From positions 141,794,001-141,858,000 of the forward strand of contig NC_043000.1 of assembly GCF_006345805.1 (NCBI RefSeq): DNA of 64,000 nucleotides, written 5' to 3'. The DNA comes from Octopus sinensis. Taxonomy: Eukaryota. The notes beneath the pieces are model-generated. The model did not search any database and was not told the DNA's origin. It worked only from the letters and a program-made list of their open reading frames with translations. The position numbers and the translations under genes are program-made. Shown here piece by piece: positions 12,634-31,035 of the stretch (position 1 is the stretch's first letter; every line of letters begins with the position of its first letter).

Positions 12634-15600
12634 GAGAAATAGAGAGGGAGAGATAAAGAGGGAGAGGGAGGGAGAGAGAGGGGGAGAGCGTGTATCTGTG
12701 TATGAGAGTGCTTGCGCACACAAATAGATATGTACATCTTGAAAATATGCGAGTTTAAATTTGAACACTTTTATCAAATATTTTCTGCATTCTCTTGTAA
12801 TCCTTTGTTTAATTTAGAATGAATTGCTGGTGACGTTTGATATTACCACTAAGTAGCTGGAATGAGGGAAATAGTGTCATTACTATAACTTTGATTATCA
12901 CCAGATTTAAAATTTTGACCGCTAGATTTCAACTTACTTTGATTAATCAATAAATGTTCATAGATTATGTCTAGTGTGCAATATCTGTATCTTAACTTTT
13001 GCTTTGTATGATGCTATTAATAAAACGTCTGTTAATTTTCTAACATGCTGTGGAATTCTACACATGATAGTTGTATTATGAACTAATATTTTTCCAAGTA
13101 GTTTTGTTTGTGTTCTGTATTGTAATATGATACAATGACTCATTGTTAACAATAATTATTTTGTGGACAGAAAATGTCTGCTTACTTTGAAATTTTTATA
13201 GCGCATTTGTATAGCATATGCTCTATACAAATTCGTAGCACATGTTCTCCTGGCTTACAGACCTGTGGTTTTGTATTGAAGAAGACGTTTTCTATTCTTG
13301 TGTTTTTGAAATGTATTCTTCCTCTGAATTTTTGGCTGATTGTAGTATATAATGTTTTTCTAGCTTTTTAATTGACATTTCAGTGACCGCTATGTGATTT
13401 AATACAACATTGATTTGTATTGAATACTTTGTTTTACTATATTATTAAGGTGCCCTTAAAAAAATCGTCACTGCATCAGTGAAACTAATATTATTATAAT
13501 AAGATAGTGCTTTATTTTAGCACAGCAAAGTTTGTGGTATCGTTTCTACCCCACTTTAAGTAACTTACATGAAATGATGCCAGAGACATTCTTCCCATTC
13601 TTCTTTTTTAGACCCTTTCTTGCAGTACATTATAGTTACTACACGATATTATGGAATCTATGATACACAACCTGCCATGCCTCCTGCACTTATGTGTCAC
13701 ACCTGCACAGAACCTAGTTACATGGCGTCATTTACAGCTTTTTACTGTATATATATATGTATTTATATATAAGCAATGACTCATAACATCACACGTTCTT
13801 TTAGCATGAACAACACCTTACTATCAAAGTTGCTCCAATTGGTAGAATCAATATAACTTTTCTCGTTTGGAGGATAAATAGTGACGTTTACCCTTTCTAA
13901 GTTCTCTGAATGGTTTTCCTGGAAAATCTTCAACAGTAACGACATATTGGCATCCAAAATGGAAAATTAATAGTTAATACTTTATTGCATTTATATCACT
14001 ATACAAGAAATTGTGAACAAATTTTCAGGATCTCATTTTAGTTTCACTTCTAAAGAACAGAAAATAAGCTAAAAGTTTTAGATTAAGCCTGCATAAGGCT
14101 TCTCACTTATGTAATTATGTTAACAAAGAGATATCCTAAGCCGATTCCATGGAAGATTATCTGGTTTATTAGTAAAGACTCATCAACATAACACAAATAT
14201 TTATCGCAAATAATGACAGACTTGTTTTCTCTATTCATTGAAATATAACGGCTCACGCGCCGCTGAAATTGCAGTCAGTGTACTATCTAAACTCAAGTGC
14301 AGCTAAAGTATATGTCTCTCTTTCTGCCTTTCACAGAACTATCTATATATCTCTGACCCGAAACACAAATCAGGTTATCGTCTTCCTTCTCTGGCGTATA
14401 AAGCTCTGGGAATCAGTCAGTGCTGACAAGCTAAAAAATTATTCACTGATGCGATACCAGCTCCATCACAGTCAGACGAAGATTTTAAAGTACTTCTCAC
14501 TCACTTCCCGCTTTGAGATATTAGATGTTAGATAAACCATCTTATTTATTCACAACATTAGATATATTATCAGAAGTATTTTTAAACCGCTTTCAAAGTA
14601 TTATTTCTTTTTGTTGTAAGTTAGCCAAACGAGCAAAGTGAATACTTGACAATCTGTCGGGGTCTCCGTCACTGATGAAAAAAAGAAAAAAAAACCCCAA
14701 AACATGGTTTATTTACTATGTAGACCATGTACCAAAGAACAAAGTTATCCTCAGTGCAGAAAACTGATCCAAATTCTAGAGATCGGATGCCATAAAATGT
14801 TTCCACCTGAAGGTATGACAAAATCACTTACCCAATTGCCGCTAAGTGGGATCGAATAGAAGGCCTTCTTCATAATCAAACGGCACTTCATAACAGTCTA
14901 GAAGGTTTTCGTGTGTTCTTTCGCCAATTTACTATTCGTCATAACATTTTACATATTTTCCTTTCTTTGTCCATTGCGAAGCTGGAAATATTTATAGTAT
15001 TTAAGGATTTTACATTATTACCCAGGCTCTTACAAGATACGATACTCAGGCAATTCTTCGCTAATTCTATATTCTATTTTGATAGTAAATGCATACATTC
15101 CCAGAAGTTTTGTACTTCAGCTATCTCCATACTTTGATATGTGTGCTCTATTTAGTACCTTCTAGAGATCAAGAGCATATTGATATTTTCTGTAGACTCT
15201 GATTATATTAGTCCAATAAAGATTTCTTAAACAAGATATGAAATTTATTTTATTGCAGATTAATGTCTTGCCCAATCAGACAAATCAGCATCTACTGAGG
15301 GGAATTAAAATCATTATCGACATTTAAGTAGCAATTAGACTTAATTCAATGAATTTAATTATCGCATTTGAAAGACAAGTATAAGATACGTCTACGTAGA
15401 AATTGCAACATACTTTCTCTGTGTTGTGTCTGCTCGGCTATAATGTGAATATCGAAGTTACAAATATATCTGTCATCATCTATAATTCAGTACTTAAGCA
15501 ATATATACGTTGAATATTGAAACTTTGAAAGCAGTTGAGATGACATTAGCAATAAACCGCTGGCCTAAATACATGATTTAATAAACTATTTAATATTTTC

Positions 15601-17514
15601 AGCAACGAAATATTTGTCCAATAATCTGTATAGCATTTAGGACATAGTATTTTTCATTGATGTTAGATTTATGCAATGCTCTTTGAAAGTACATTGTTAA
15701 CCGCAATAAACTTGTTTAGGATTTTGCTCACGTGTAAAAGTGTTAAGCGAACGAGAAATAAGTTTCTGACGGACAATATAACAACCAATTTCATGCAAAA
15801 ATATAGATGGAAAGAAGCCGGGGAATAGGATTAAATGAACTAAACTAAGAAATATAAGAAATCACTGCTATAGTTTGAAGAATCGAAAGCTTGTAAGATT
15901 ATTCTAGAGCTGGGGCTCTAGAATCTGTAAATAGTAAGGCTTTACCATTTCTTTCGTATATATAACTCTTCTACGTACTATACAAATTCGATGAATGTTG
16001 AATGCACATAGGCATGACAATGTTGCTAAAATATTCGTTTTGGGCTTCGTAAGGCATCGTGGGGAAATAGTCTTCTCCCGTAATCCTCTTACTGCTCAAA
16101 GCCTAATAGGATAAATTTGAAAAATGCAAAGTATTTGTAGAGAAAATCGTGTACCCGTTTCATTAAAACGAAACAATTAGATTAAAATTTCTTTTCGTTT
16201 TATAATTCTTAGAATTAATATTAGTCATGAAATCTGTTAATATTATCAATGATATAAAAATGTAAAGACTCTCTACATTGTGGAGGTGTAACTATACGTA
16301 TTTAGCTTCAAGCTAAGTAAAAAAAAATAGTATATGGAGTATATACCGAGAATAAATAATTGTAAAACATATACACGTTAAGAGAAAAAATCCTACACTA
16401 ATAGAAAACGGACGACACTGTCATTATTTTATAGATTCTACTTGGAAGAAAATATCGCATTTAGATTATTTACGCATGTGTTAAAGACTTTGTTACTTCA
16501 CTGCTGTTAGTTTAGTTTAGTGGATTTTAAGTAATCAGTAAAATAAGTTCATTATCGCAGTTTTAGATTAAAAAATACTGATTCGCGTTAATATTTGTTA
16601 TGAAAAGAATTGAATTAAAGCCTTGACTCATTATATTCCGAAAGAATTGTGTCTGTGTCGAACTAACCAAACCACACAGAGAATGGCACGAACTGAGAAT
16701 AATGAGAAAAACAAAATTTCTTTCAAATATTCAAAACACCCTAAAGATTAAATACATTCAAAAATGTAAATATCATGCAAACAGGAAACGCGATCTTATT
16801 TGCCATTTTTTTTATTAGCATTTCTGCCTTACATTTTTTGATAGGACGCCATTTTGACGGAAGTTGCATTCTGATATGTTTCAAATTTCTTGGTTTGTCT
16901 CCCTATGTGTCAGCTTTATGGAGCCTCACGTTTTCAGTCGTAGTCTAAAGCAGCGTATTAATTTTATTCAAATACAAATAATATGAAAGCAAATGAAAAT
17001 ACAATGATAAAATTTTTACAATCATTGTAGAAAATTTTGCTTTACCTGGTATCGCTGACAGCGAAATTTTGACTATGCAATCCATTCTATAATTTCAAAC
17101 TATACTCTCTCTATATATATATCAGTATTAAGAGAACTACCCATTGTCTAATGAAAGCAGATGTTTATTATATTGGGAAAAAAAAGGGTTATGGAACGTT
17201 ACACTGGTTGAATTTTTCTTACTGAAAATAAATTATTTTATTTTCAATTTTTATCTATTTCATGCAAAACTGATATAATAATTTTAGCTAATGTGGAGTC
17301 ATACATTTCAGTTTTTTTCGTATGTTTTATCTCTACAGTTCAGTATATAATATTCTACATCGGTGGGTCATTTAATTTTGCTCGCATTTTAGTGATATGC
17401 AGGTTGCCCTTCCAAGTGTTTGTTAATTTTCAATTTTCAATTGAACTAGTGAAGTGTAAATGAATAAAGATTCGATTAAACATTGGTAACAGTGTGTCTG
17501 CTTGAACACATGAC

Positions 17515-20851
<3,337 letters not shown>

Positions 20852-20939
20852 ACAGAGACAGACAGAGACAGAGATAGAGAAAGAGAATATTTGAAGTGAT
20901 ATACAGATATTATATATTAAGAAAAATGAGGTAGTCAAA

Positions 20940-21075
20940 GCTTCTTTCTGTTTTCAAATCCACACACGAGAATTAAGTTGGCCCCGGCCTATAGTAGAAA
21001 ACACTTGCCCAGCGTGCCACACAGTGGGACTTAACCTGGAACCATACAACAGAGAAGTAACCCTCTTAGCACACC
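20940..21075 (-). mobile_element. Degenerate head of SINE family B
   Basis: acacttgcccagcgtgccacacagtgggac matches family B at 60650-60690. Confidence 0.7.
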
Positions 21076-22734
21076 CAAGTATTGCAGATTTTATTATTAG
21101 GCTTCTGTGTATCGAATGATCATCTCTTTAAATTATTTAGTTTTGGATAATTCTCAGCCAGTAAAATTATTGCTTGTGGTTTCTTGTTGGCAAATATAAC
21201 GCAAGGTCGTAACTATTTTCTTCCACTGATAACTTTGCATTTCTTTTGAACTATGAACGAAAACTCGGTTATTTGGGGCCAAAATAAATTGAGAGTGTTT
21301 CTTGTCAAATTAAGTGTTTTCCTGTCATAATTCTCCTTATCCGTTGTCTATAGATCAGTAAAAAAGTTTTCAACATCTATAGCAGAAATGTTTTCTGTAC
21401 AATTTTTTTTGTACTTTATTGAATAGTTATACTTCACCACTGATATATAATAATTTCTGGTGCTCTCTACTTGTTCAACGGCTGTGTAGGAAATATATGG
21501 CATTATCGATAGCAAGAAATTATATTTTGTGTGTGTGAATCCTTACGGTGTTATAGGATTGTACTTTAACTATCCAATTACGAACTGAAATAAATAAATC
21601 TCTAGGTGAGTGTTTACACCGATGATTAATTTTCTGAGTTATATTTTTAGTTACGCAAGGTTGTTTACTTTTCGTTTTCCTGAAATTGAATTTATCATAA
21701 TATATATTGCTGATTTTTGTAATGTATTAAACTTGGTTTAAAATAGAAAATATGATAAACTTACCACTTTTGTAAATGACAATTTAGCGTTATTTAAGTT
21801 TCCTGCGAGGTACGTTTTTTGAGTTGTTTTGTTTATTTCGCTGTTCATGGCCTTTACACCTGAATAAGTCATGCAATTAATCATAGGTGTTTTTACAAAA
21901 AAAATAGTTTCATTACTATCAGTCTCAAGAGACTTAGAAAGCAATTCGAGTTCGACATTTTGCGCTGTTCATATATTCCTTACGGGAAGAAGTTTGAACC
22001 GAAAGTGAGGAGAGTAATTTGATCAGCTCTGAGAAGTTAGGGAATGGAATTTCATCGGTAAGCAACATTTATAGTTTGTTATTATGAATATTTATCTTCC
22101 ACATATTGCTATTATTTATTCTGCTTAAAAGTGAAGAGCGACGTAATTTTAAAATGAAAAGCACTTTATAGCAACCAAATAAACCAAAAAAAAAAAAAAT
22201 GTAATCCTTAACTATTTCTGAATGCCCTATAAAATAAACCACCGACAAATACTTATACACGTTAGGAGAAGCTGAATATTCCCATTAATACTATCCTTCT
22301 GTAGGCAATTCTCTTCTGAGACTATCATCGCAATTTTCATTAGGCAAAGCTTTCAATAAGGAAATAGTAAGAATATAATAAATATTAGTTAAAAAAGGAT
22401 ATTGAAATAGATTAGTAGATGAATCTATAAAATAGTGTCCACGATCATTATCATCATGCTTACACATCTACATTCCAGAACAAATATCCGCGCATAAAAT
22501 CCCGCATGAAATCACACTCGATCCAACACGTAATCACACACACACACACACACTCGCTCACACACACACACACACAGCTATGTATGCACCTATCTATGAC
22601 ATTTTTATGATATATTTCGGTGTGGATATACATAATCACATAGGAAGAGCAGAGGTGAAATATATCACTGAAAATAGCTAAAAAGAGATACAAAAATGAG
22701 GGTTGAGTGAAGAGTTTATAGACTGAATATGAAG

Positions 22735-23470
22735 GAGTGATCTCCGATATGGTATATTATGGATTAACATCACTGATACAGTCCAGATCGGTCATATCAG
22801 GAGTACTGAAAACAGAACAGTACTGTTTCTGCAGGATCTCCCTCACGGTTTTGCCATTATCTTGGAGAGAGCAATTTTCGCCAATTTGGGGACCAACAGT
22901 AGAGATAGCGACCCTGTATTTTTTCGCAAAAGCGAACACTTGGAGTTGAGTTTGATTTTCTCAACGGCCCATTTCTCCTCAGCTGTGCTCTGTTTATTGA
23001 TGATGGTCTTCATGTATTGCTGGAGGTTACATTTTTTAAATTCGAGTTCAAATAGGGTGATAGTCGTCGAATATATGTGTGATTGTTGGGAGTATTTTAG
23101 TTTGTTAATTGTTTTTGGTTGTTCTTTTTTATTTTTCTGACAATAGTTTTTCTATTTTGGCGAATTCTGTACTTAGTTTTGTTCACAGGTCATGGTGGGA
23201 TGTGTTTTGCACATATGTTTGTGACAGTGTCTACAAAGATTTGCCAACATATTTTGCTGGTGGAGGAGGTGCGTACATGTGTGAAAGAACAGTCAACATG
23301 TGATAACTCATTCAATGATCGCATCCAAGTCGGTGTTATATAGATCCATGTTATCAAACGGGTGGGCAGGAAAGAGGTTACTAGGGTTAGCTTTCGGCTG
23401 GAATCGTAGGTTACAGAGGACCATGTCATGGTCTGAAAGAAGGTTTTTTTTCATTTCTAACATTATGTAT
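22735..23470 (-). mobile_element. CR1/L2-group LINE ORF2 fragment (endonuclease-RT linker)
   Basis: ORF pieces WQIFVDTVTNICAKHIPP and FAFAKK...TVGPQ...EILQKQYCSVFSTP are typical of this linker. Confidence 0.65.
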
Positions 23471-23759
23471 AGATTTACTGTGGTTACTAATCACAAGACC
23501 TTGGTGCAAAGACAAGTTGGGACGAGAAAAACACAATCATAAATTCAAGCAGTGACTCTACTACTTCTTTGTCAAATGAGATTTCCGAAAAAGCAGCGCA
23601 TATACTCAACACACTAACAGTTAAGCAAATACGCAGCAAACTAAGACACCTTAAGGTTTCCTTTGAACCAGTTCAGGGTCATTTTGAAATACTTCGATAT
23701 ATTTACTCTTCAAATATAATATCTGCTAATGAATGTATGACTAACACCTTATATTATGA

Positions 23760-25380
23760 ATTTAGCTCAGATTTCAGGACCGTTCGAACTCTTGTTTAGC
23801 ATCCCTGCCCGATGCTGTCTTTTATGCTTGCATGCGGAATGCCAGGGCCTCCATTTATTCCTAGGTATTTGTAAGTTTGTTCCTGCACAAGTGCTTTTAT
23901 ATCTGTGTCAACATCTAACACCACTGAATGTGATGTCTTCAAATTCCCTTCCTGGAAAGTGGCCTTGGCATGTTTATCAAAGCCAAACCCCACTCCAATG
24001 CCACCATTAAATGCTCTCACCCTCCGTAATAGGCCGTCATGCTCATTATTTTTTGCCATAGTTTTAGGTTATCCATTTAAAGAAGATAGCTTATTTTGTT
24101 ATTGTCAATTTTACACAAATGCCTTCTTTTGAACTCAGTTATAAGAGATATTAGAGCTAAGCAAAGATTAGGGGTTAAAATGAGACACCTTGGAAACTTC
24201 TACAGCTGAAGTTTGTATTGTTTGAATCCAGAGCGATATAATTGGAGATTCATCTTTCACAGGAGACATTTTGAAGATATACGGCGATTTCAAGATCCAT
24301 GAATGTGGTAAGCTGTCAAAAGCCTTTTCGTAATCTATTTATCCAGTACTGAAATTTCTGTGCTTCTTTTGATAATTCTCAAGAAATATGTGACTCAATA
24401 GGAAAACATCGTTGCATCCATATGTGCCTCGACTGCACCTCTTTGGTTCATTGGGGATAATATTGTTCTGTTCCAATAATGCATATATTTTCCCCCAAGA
24501 ATAGATGTTATAAATTTATAAGGTGTTGATAAACAAGTATTTGTTTGGAACATTGGTTTCATTATTCTTTCAGAGTAAATAAGTAACACTAGCTGATAAC
24601 ATGGAAGGTGTTTCCTTAGGGTCCCTTATAATTCCATTGAACTCTTGAACTAAATATTCGTGTGCACACGGTAGCAATGAAAGCATTGCATATTTACAAG
24701 GGGATTTCCATTTATGAACATTTGTGTGTATCAACCTTCCCATGCTTGTTTTTGTAAATTTTGTAGAGAACTTTCTTTGCGTCCAAACCAATGTGCATTT
24801 TCATTGTACGTCTTCTCATCGCTCCAAATCTCATTTCAAATTTTCAAATTGTATTAGGGGAGGGGTAGCTTCAATGGTCATTTTCCTCTTCCCCGTCTCT
24901 CAGTAAAAAGTTTTTGCATTGGGTGTGAACTGCTTATTTTGCTTGTAAAACTTGTTTCTCATTTCAAATCTTCATATTCCTTCAGCTTTTACTTGGGCAT
25001 TTTGTTCTAGTGTTTCTTTTATTGAGTTAACTTTCTTCGTGAGAATCCTTATTTTCTCATCGTCATTCTTCATTTTCTGGATCTTACATAATTTCTACAG
25101 ATTGGATTATTAAATATTCATATTTCCCCTTTATTAGTTCAATATATTTTTCAATTTTACTTCTCCAGTTTGGAATTCTTCCCCGATTTGTATTTCTTTC
25201 TTTTTTCGGAGGCGTATAACTGGTTTCAATTGCCTTAGCAGATCTTAACTCATTAAGATCAGGTTTTAATTCTTGTATGAATTCTTTTGTTACATAGTTG
25301 ACAATTTTGATTTGCTTTTCTTTTAGTTTGTATTTGGGAGTTTATGAATAGGTTCTGTATCATTCATTCTTGTATATTTA
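23760..25380 (-). mobile_element. R4/Dong-clade non-LTR retrotransposon RT fragment (decayed)
   Basis: IDYEKAFDS at ~24320-24345; HLL*MDNLKL (YMDD box) at ~24060-24090; FGFDKHAK...TYKYLG in ORF 23796-24059; TCLSTPYK. Confidence 0.85.
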
Positions 25381-25395
25381 TATTATTATTAATAT

Positions 25396-26020
25396 TGAGT
25401 GAGAGAACAGTGCATGCAATCAAAGTGACACAGGGGTAAAATATACGAAACCCCAAATACGCATCATGACCACCCGTCCGATATGGTGATCTTATATCAA
25501 GATAAACAGCGCATGAACTTGCAGGTGGGGCCCAGTTAGAATTTCCTTCAGGTTGAGTAGCCCATCCAGCTCAGAAGACCCCGTAAATAAAGGTTGTTTA
25601 CGGACGTTGAACGAAACACCCATGTTTCTAGATGTGAATTATCCAAGCCCCAAAAAATCTCTCAACATATGTCTATGATGCTCCCTTACAACTTCTGCTC
25701 GTGATTAGAGATGCACACAACGTCAGCCACTTAGGAACATGCTCAACTGGTTAAGGTCAAACAACTGACAAGCAAATATGTGGTATTGAGTAGAATATAT
25801 ACTGTAGCCCACCTTTTATATCAGGACAAAACAATGTACACGATAACACTTCCAATCAGTTAAGATTAAAACTCATAGGAGACACTGCCTGGTACTACAT
25901 CAGGGCAAAGCAGAATATTTGCTGTAGATCATCTTTTAGACCAAGACAAACAAAGTACATCATAAAACTTCCAATCAGATAAGATCAGAATCCATGAGAA
26001 CCACTGTCTGGTACTACATC
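25396..26020. mobile_element. Diverged copy of the unclassified ~555-bp TAA-associated element plus duplicated terminal ~115 bp
   Basis: Homologous to 31762-32318 and 32414-32968. Confidence 0.85.
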
Positions 26021-26925
26021 ATTATTACCTCTGCCCTGGCGAAAGCGGAGGTATTGTTTCAGTCGTGTTTCTTTCTTTGTTTGTCTGAGGGCATGGTATC
26101 TCAAGAACCGCTCGATGGATTTGGATAACTTTCTGAGATATTTGGCCTTGTGACTGGCACGAGATGATTAAATTTGGGGATCGATCCGGTACCGGACAAA
26201 GATTCTGCGTTATTTACATTACTTTACATGAAGTATTATGACCTTACTTTCACTTTCAAATCTTTCTCTGATTATCTTATTATCTTCCTTGAAAGCAGTG
26301 TTGCTGTTTACAAAGATTTATTCTCCTTTATCTATTATTAATTTTACTCGCGTGTCTATCTTAGTAGAAACTGATGGATAAAGAAAACAAACTACATAGA
26401 CAAACGGCAGCAAAACTTCGGAAATTCAATAACGCTAACATATTCAGTAACAATAATAGATTTGATTTATTTTAACAATTTTTAGTTTTACCAATTTTGA
26501 ACATATCGCTCTTATTTAAAACCTCTTACCTACTTGACAATTACATTTCTAGTTCTGCCTTGAAGGAAACTTTACTTCTTGGACTGACGTTTCTGTGTGC
26601 AACGATGTTGTTAGACTTCCGTTGACGGCACTGTATGCAGGTCCTTTCCGTTTTCTTTCACGCACGGATAAATTTGTCACAATAGACATTAATGGTCCTA
26701 AAGATATTTTAACAGTGGGTAGATAGGCCTTCATACAGAAAACTGTCTCTGTTGCCACTGCAGACGACACACACACAAACGCACACACAGCATTACACAC
26801 ACCTTCGTATTCCATAATTAATATTAGGATCGATCAGGTACCGGACAAGGTTTCTGGATTATTTTCCCGCTATCTTGACTTAATTATTGAGAGCGGTCTG
26901 GTTTATTTTTAGTATTCTCGTTTGT
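26021..26925 (+). mobile_element. Helentron-associated / DINE-1-like non-autonomous element (truncated)
   Basis: Starts ttattacctctgccctggcgaaagcggaggtattgttt (short inverted repeat), then (gttt/gtct)n and atctcaagaacc...gattt; ggatcgat..ggtaccggacaa repeated at ~26178 and ~26828. Confidence 0.6.
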
Positions 26926-26929
26926 GATA

Positions 26930-27527
26930 CAGTCCTGGCAACTGATCAAACCTCTACCGCCCTTTCTTCTGGACAAATGCAGCATGTCACTCTTAGGCTG
27001 GAAGGTTCCGTGTACTGTCAAACTATTTCTGGTCTTGATATCCATTATCATCACTTTTCTCTCATGTCATGTTATAATTCCCGTTCTATACCGATGTGAT
27101 ACCATTGCCCACGTATTAACTGCTTGGATTTTATTCCAGCCAATCAATTTTGAGCGCAGCACCAATGTTAATCTTCATAAATACTACATCCTCAGTTACT
27201 CTTTCATTTCCTTTTCCATTATCTTGTTGAACTCTAGTACACCAAGGTATTTGTATCCTTCCGTTTCAATTTGTTTAATCAAGTCTCCATTCGGTAATTC
27301 TATCCCTGCTAAGGACTGTGCATTGTCTCCTTTTAGGTAGATTATTCTTGAGTCCAAGTTCCATTGCAATATCAGTACTAAAGCAGGGGACCGTGTTCAC
27401 GAAGGAACTCAATTGTATCTCATCCTTGCAATACAGTTTCAAATCATCCATGAAGAGCAGGTGCTTGATTGTTTAGGATGTTTTCCCTTAGTTGGTACCC
27501 AATGTTCATTTTCCTAAGTACCAAGGT
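26930..27527 (-). mobile_element. R4/Dong-clade RT fragment
   Basis: IKHLLFMDDLKLYCKDE...FSTDIAMELGLK...GYKYLGVLE...RRKGGRGLISCQD by manual translation. Confidence 0.9.
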
Positions 27528-27549
27528 CAGTAGTAGTAGTAGTAGTAGA

Positions 27550-27742
27550 TTAAATCACACTGCGTATTTTGCAGTTCCAAACAATGATAGTTTTTGTAGG
27601 TGTTCTGTCTTTACATTTGTATCAATCTTTTTGAGCCATGTTGGTATTTGAGTGATGATACTTTCAAATGCACAAATTACAACTGGTATCACGTCCACTC
27701 TCTTCTTTGCCCACAGCCTGCGTATTTCCTACTTCAAATTAT
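27550..27742 (-). mobile_element. R4/Dong-clade C-terminal fragment ending at a (TAC)n tract
   Basis: EIRRLWAKKRVDVIPVVI...HLQKLSLFGTAK. Confidence 0.75.
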
Positions 27743-27744
27743 TC

Positions 27745-28871
27745 ACCCACACCGTGGTGGTCTTGGGAGGCTGTTGCACCTACAGAAATATCTAAATCAA
27801 TGCGATAATGTGGACGACTTCGAGGAAACTAAGGGTGAACTGGTGTGGCATCTAGAATTTTACCAGGTCCTCACTTCATTATAACAACTGCATAAAACCG
27901 TTAGCGCAAAAAACAAACCAAGATTTCTATAGGGGACTAGTTGAAGGTATGAGTAACCATGGCCAAGAATTGAATCTAAGTTTCGACGCGGAGGACCTTG
28001 GGGTTGAAGAAAACGTAATATTTTTCGAAAGTCTTTGGCTTGGTAAAGCAGCAGAGAGGGGCTGCCTGTCTGAGAAAGCTCTTCACGCATGGAAATGCCA
28101 ACAACCGAACCTGTCCGAGGTGCTTTTAGCGGGAGGAAACCATTCTGTATGCAAAACTTCACTGTTCGTGCATTAGAGGGTTGTGGGATTGCGTGGAACA
28201 GCTGTTGTCGCGTGTAAGACGAATTCAGCTGTGTGCCGAGTGTATAGTGAAGAGTGTCGCAGCACCATCCCCTAGCAGAGAAAGAAGACAGGTCTTTCTC
28301 TGCTTAGTGGCTGTGGTAAAAGAGATTGTGTGGTGAACCCATCTAAAAGGTTTCAAAACAGGCATTTTTCTATCTGGCCAAACACTCATCAATTTTTTCA
28401 AACACCATTTGAAGAGGAAGGTGAGTCTAGAGAGGAATATGCTGCCTTCTAGTGTGTTTATCAAAAGGTAGTCGACTGTGGCAAGACTTATTAGAATGAA
28501 TGGATCTAATCTAAATATGCTTTTCTAAGGAGGAGGGAAGAAACTGGAAGAGGACACTTTTCCATGCCTTGGGGATGGCAGAGTAAACCGGGGCTTTTTT
28601 GTGAGGTTTACCCCGAATTACCCCAGGTGAACCGTCCCGCTATTGAGGATTCTATTCATTTATTTATTTATTCATTTATTTATTTATTATTTATATCTTT
28701 ACTTTCTATTATTTATCCTCTGTTATATCCTTTAATGTGGTAGTATCGCCCCTTGATTGATGTTAACCTCACATGTTTTGTAATTTTTGTTTTATGTTAT
28801 TTTTGTGAGCTGTAACTCGTCCTTCAACATCGTCCTCCGTGTCTTGGGCCCTTGTGACCAATAAAAAAAAA
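27745..28871 (+). mobile_element. 3' end of a Tx1/L1-like LINE with poly(A) tail
   Basis: NIFRKSLAW*SSREGLPV resembles zf-RVT (FQKSLAW..RGALPV); GC-richer block; AT-rich 3'UTR ending ccaataaaaaaaaa. Confidence 0.6.
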
Positions 28872-28904
28872 TCATTGTTATTGTTTCAATATTGTTGTTC
28901 TCAC

Positions 28905-29102
28905 TACACTACTGCTACTACTACTGCTGCTGCTGCTGCAACTGCTGCTGTTGCTATTTTTGCTGCTGCTGCTGTTGTTGCTGCTTCTGCTACTGCCGTT
29001 GTTGGTACTGCTGCTACTGCTACTGCTGCTGCGTCAAATCCTCCTCCTCCCTCATCCCTCCTCTTCCTCCTCCTCCACCTACTACTACTACTGCTGCTGC
29101 TG

Positions 29103-29147
<45 letters not shown>
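28905..29147. repeat. Compound (CTG)/(CTA)/(CCT) microsatellite
   Basis: Direct inspection. Confidence 0.95.
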
Positions 29148-29148
<1 letters not shown>

Positions 29149-29149
29149 G

Positions 29150-30440
29150 ATATCTAGCACCTTATATTTCTTGCTGTGTCAACCGAACACACTTTTTGTA
29201 GAACCATTATTTCAGGTCCTTGCATTCTTGGGCAAATATTTACAATTATGCATAATGATATTCTTTCAGTGAGGCTGCATGTAGCCGGGAATTTATATCT
29301 TTCTTTCCATTTGAATGGCCATACAACATTTGCATGTTCATTTTCAAGGATGCTCGGTTTTGCTATTATGCTATTTTTCCACGTTTAGTTCTAACTATTT
29401 TACTAATTCGGCTTTGTTCGTATGTAGTAACTTTGCAACATTTCCAGTCCTTGTAAAATCTAATACCAATGAAGCACTTACCAACAGAAACTGCATAAGT
29501 AACTCTCTCTTGCTCATAACGCATTTGTACTCGTAACGGAGATGTCTACTTTATCTATATTCTTTCAGATGTATTTTGTCCAAATTAAAAAATATATTGT
29601 CTGATATGTACCTGTGGCTGTCTCTTCCTTTAATATTCTTGTCTTTAGACATTGAAATGTCTTTTGTTCTCGATTTCCCTCAATATTTTCAAAAACTGCC
29701 CGCATAAAGTTTCTTTAGTAATGTATGCGGTTCGGAGAATTTCACATTCTCCTTTCTTTCAGTTAACACAATGATTCTTCCAACTACTATCAAAGGCACC
29801 TCATCACTGTCGGCAATGTACATCTTAGATTATCTCTCTCTCTCTCTCTCTCTGCTTTCACAAGTCTTCTACACTTATCTGTCTGTTTTCCTCATCCTTT
29901 CTGCTGCAATACAATTTATCAATGTTTGCTCATGGCCGCAAGAACTATGAATTGTCTGCAATTTCTTTTCTTTTTCTATCTACTTTCTTGAGTTCTTTCT
30001 TGTTCAGTCAATTATTACAGTTATGTGTCTAATGATGTATGCTAATCTGGAGTTTAAGGCAGTAGAGATCTTTATGCCATTGGCTTCGGGTTTTCATATC
30101 CTGCTAAATTTTCAGAAATATCCTCCCCTGAATTTGATTTCATTTGTTCTGTCTTTTACATCAAAAGCTTCCCACATACCAGATATTTATAACCATTTCC
30201 TCTATCAGTCTCTTTAATCTTCGTTTGGTAGATTTATTCCGCCAATTTTACGGTAATTCTCTTTGTTCATCACACGGATCTCACAGAAATACCAAATTCC
30301 ATTCTGATGTCATTTCCAAACACTCGCACATCACAGAGAAATTTATCCAATTCGCTCTACATCTTACCATGTGGCACTAGCTCATCCATGAATGGCAAAT
30401 TTCCAACTACCCCTTGATCATTTCCCAGAATATGTCCAAC
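29150..30440 (-). mobile_element. R4/Dong-clade RT-to-C-terminus fragment (decayed)
   Basis: NLPFMDELV...VRVFGNDIRMEFGI...GYKYL at 30180-30410; 3' end abuts the (GTA)n tract. Confidence 0.75.
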
Positions 30441-31035
30441 ATTTTCATTTCTTATCTCTAAGGAGAGTGAAATTAGAGTATTAGCAACTAGCAAGGGTAA
30501 TAGGCTATCGAAAAACAACAATAACAATAGCCTTGAGTAATATTATGATCTGTTTTGACTTTGCCGAGTGGCTTCATATTATTTCCTTTGATTCTCAATT
30601 CCACATCCTTACATTTATCTTCGCAGTAGTGTTATTTGCAAATCTGAACAAGTTGAAGGCCTTAAAAATTAAAGAGTAGAGGAAAGTGATGTTTTGGTAA
30701 TCAATCCAACATACTTCTTGACGATATGGCTTTCTTTGCAGTTTCTTATAAATGTTTAGCGATTAAATGTTGGATACATGTGCCTCTTGAATTCCTCTAG
30801 TATACTTTCTGTTCATTAATGATGTATTACTCTGAATATGCACAGATATTATCAAACGTACTTTTAAATAATTTCCATTTTAGCACCAAACAACATATGG
30901 ATTCTTACCATTAGTTATTCAGTTTACGATGAGTGAATGGGACAAGGTTTCTTTTAAAATATTAGTCAGCACTTGCCAAAGTATTTTGAAATTCTTCCTC
31001 AAAAATCTTGCACTCCTGGTGCCTTTATTATCAAT

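Noticed and set aside
13000-13370. Possible Penelope GIY-YIG remnant on the minus strand
   Set aside because: Too degenerate to recover diagnostic motifs by eye; needs tBLASTn.
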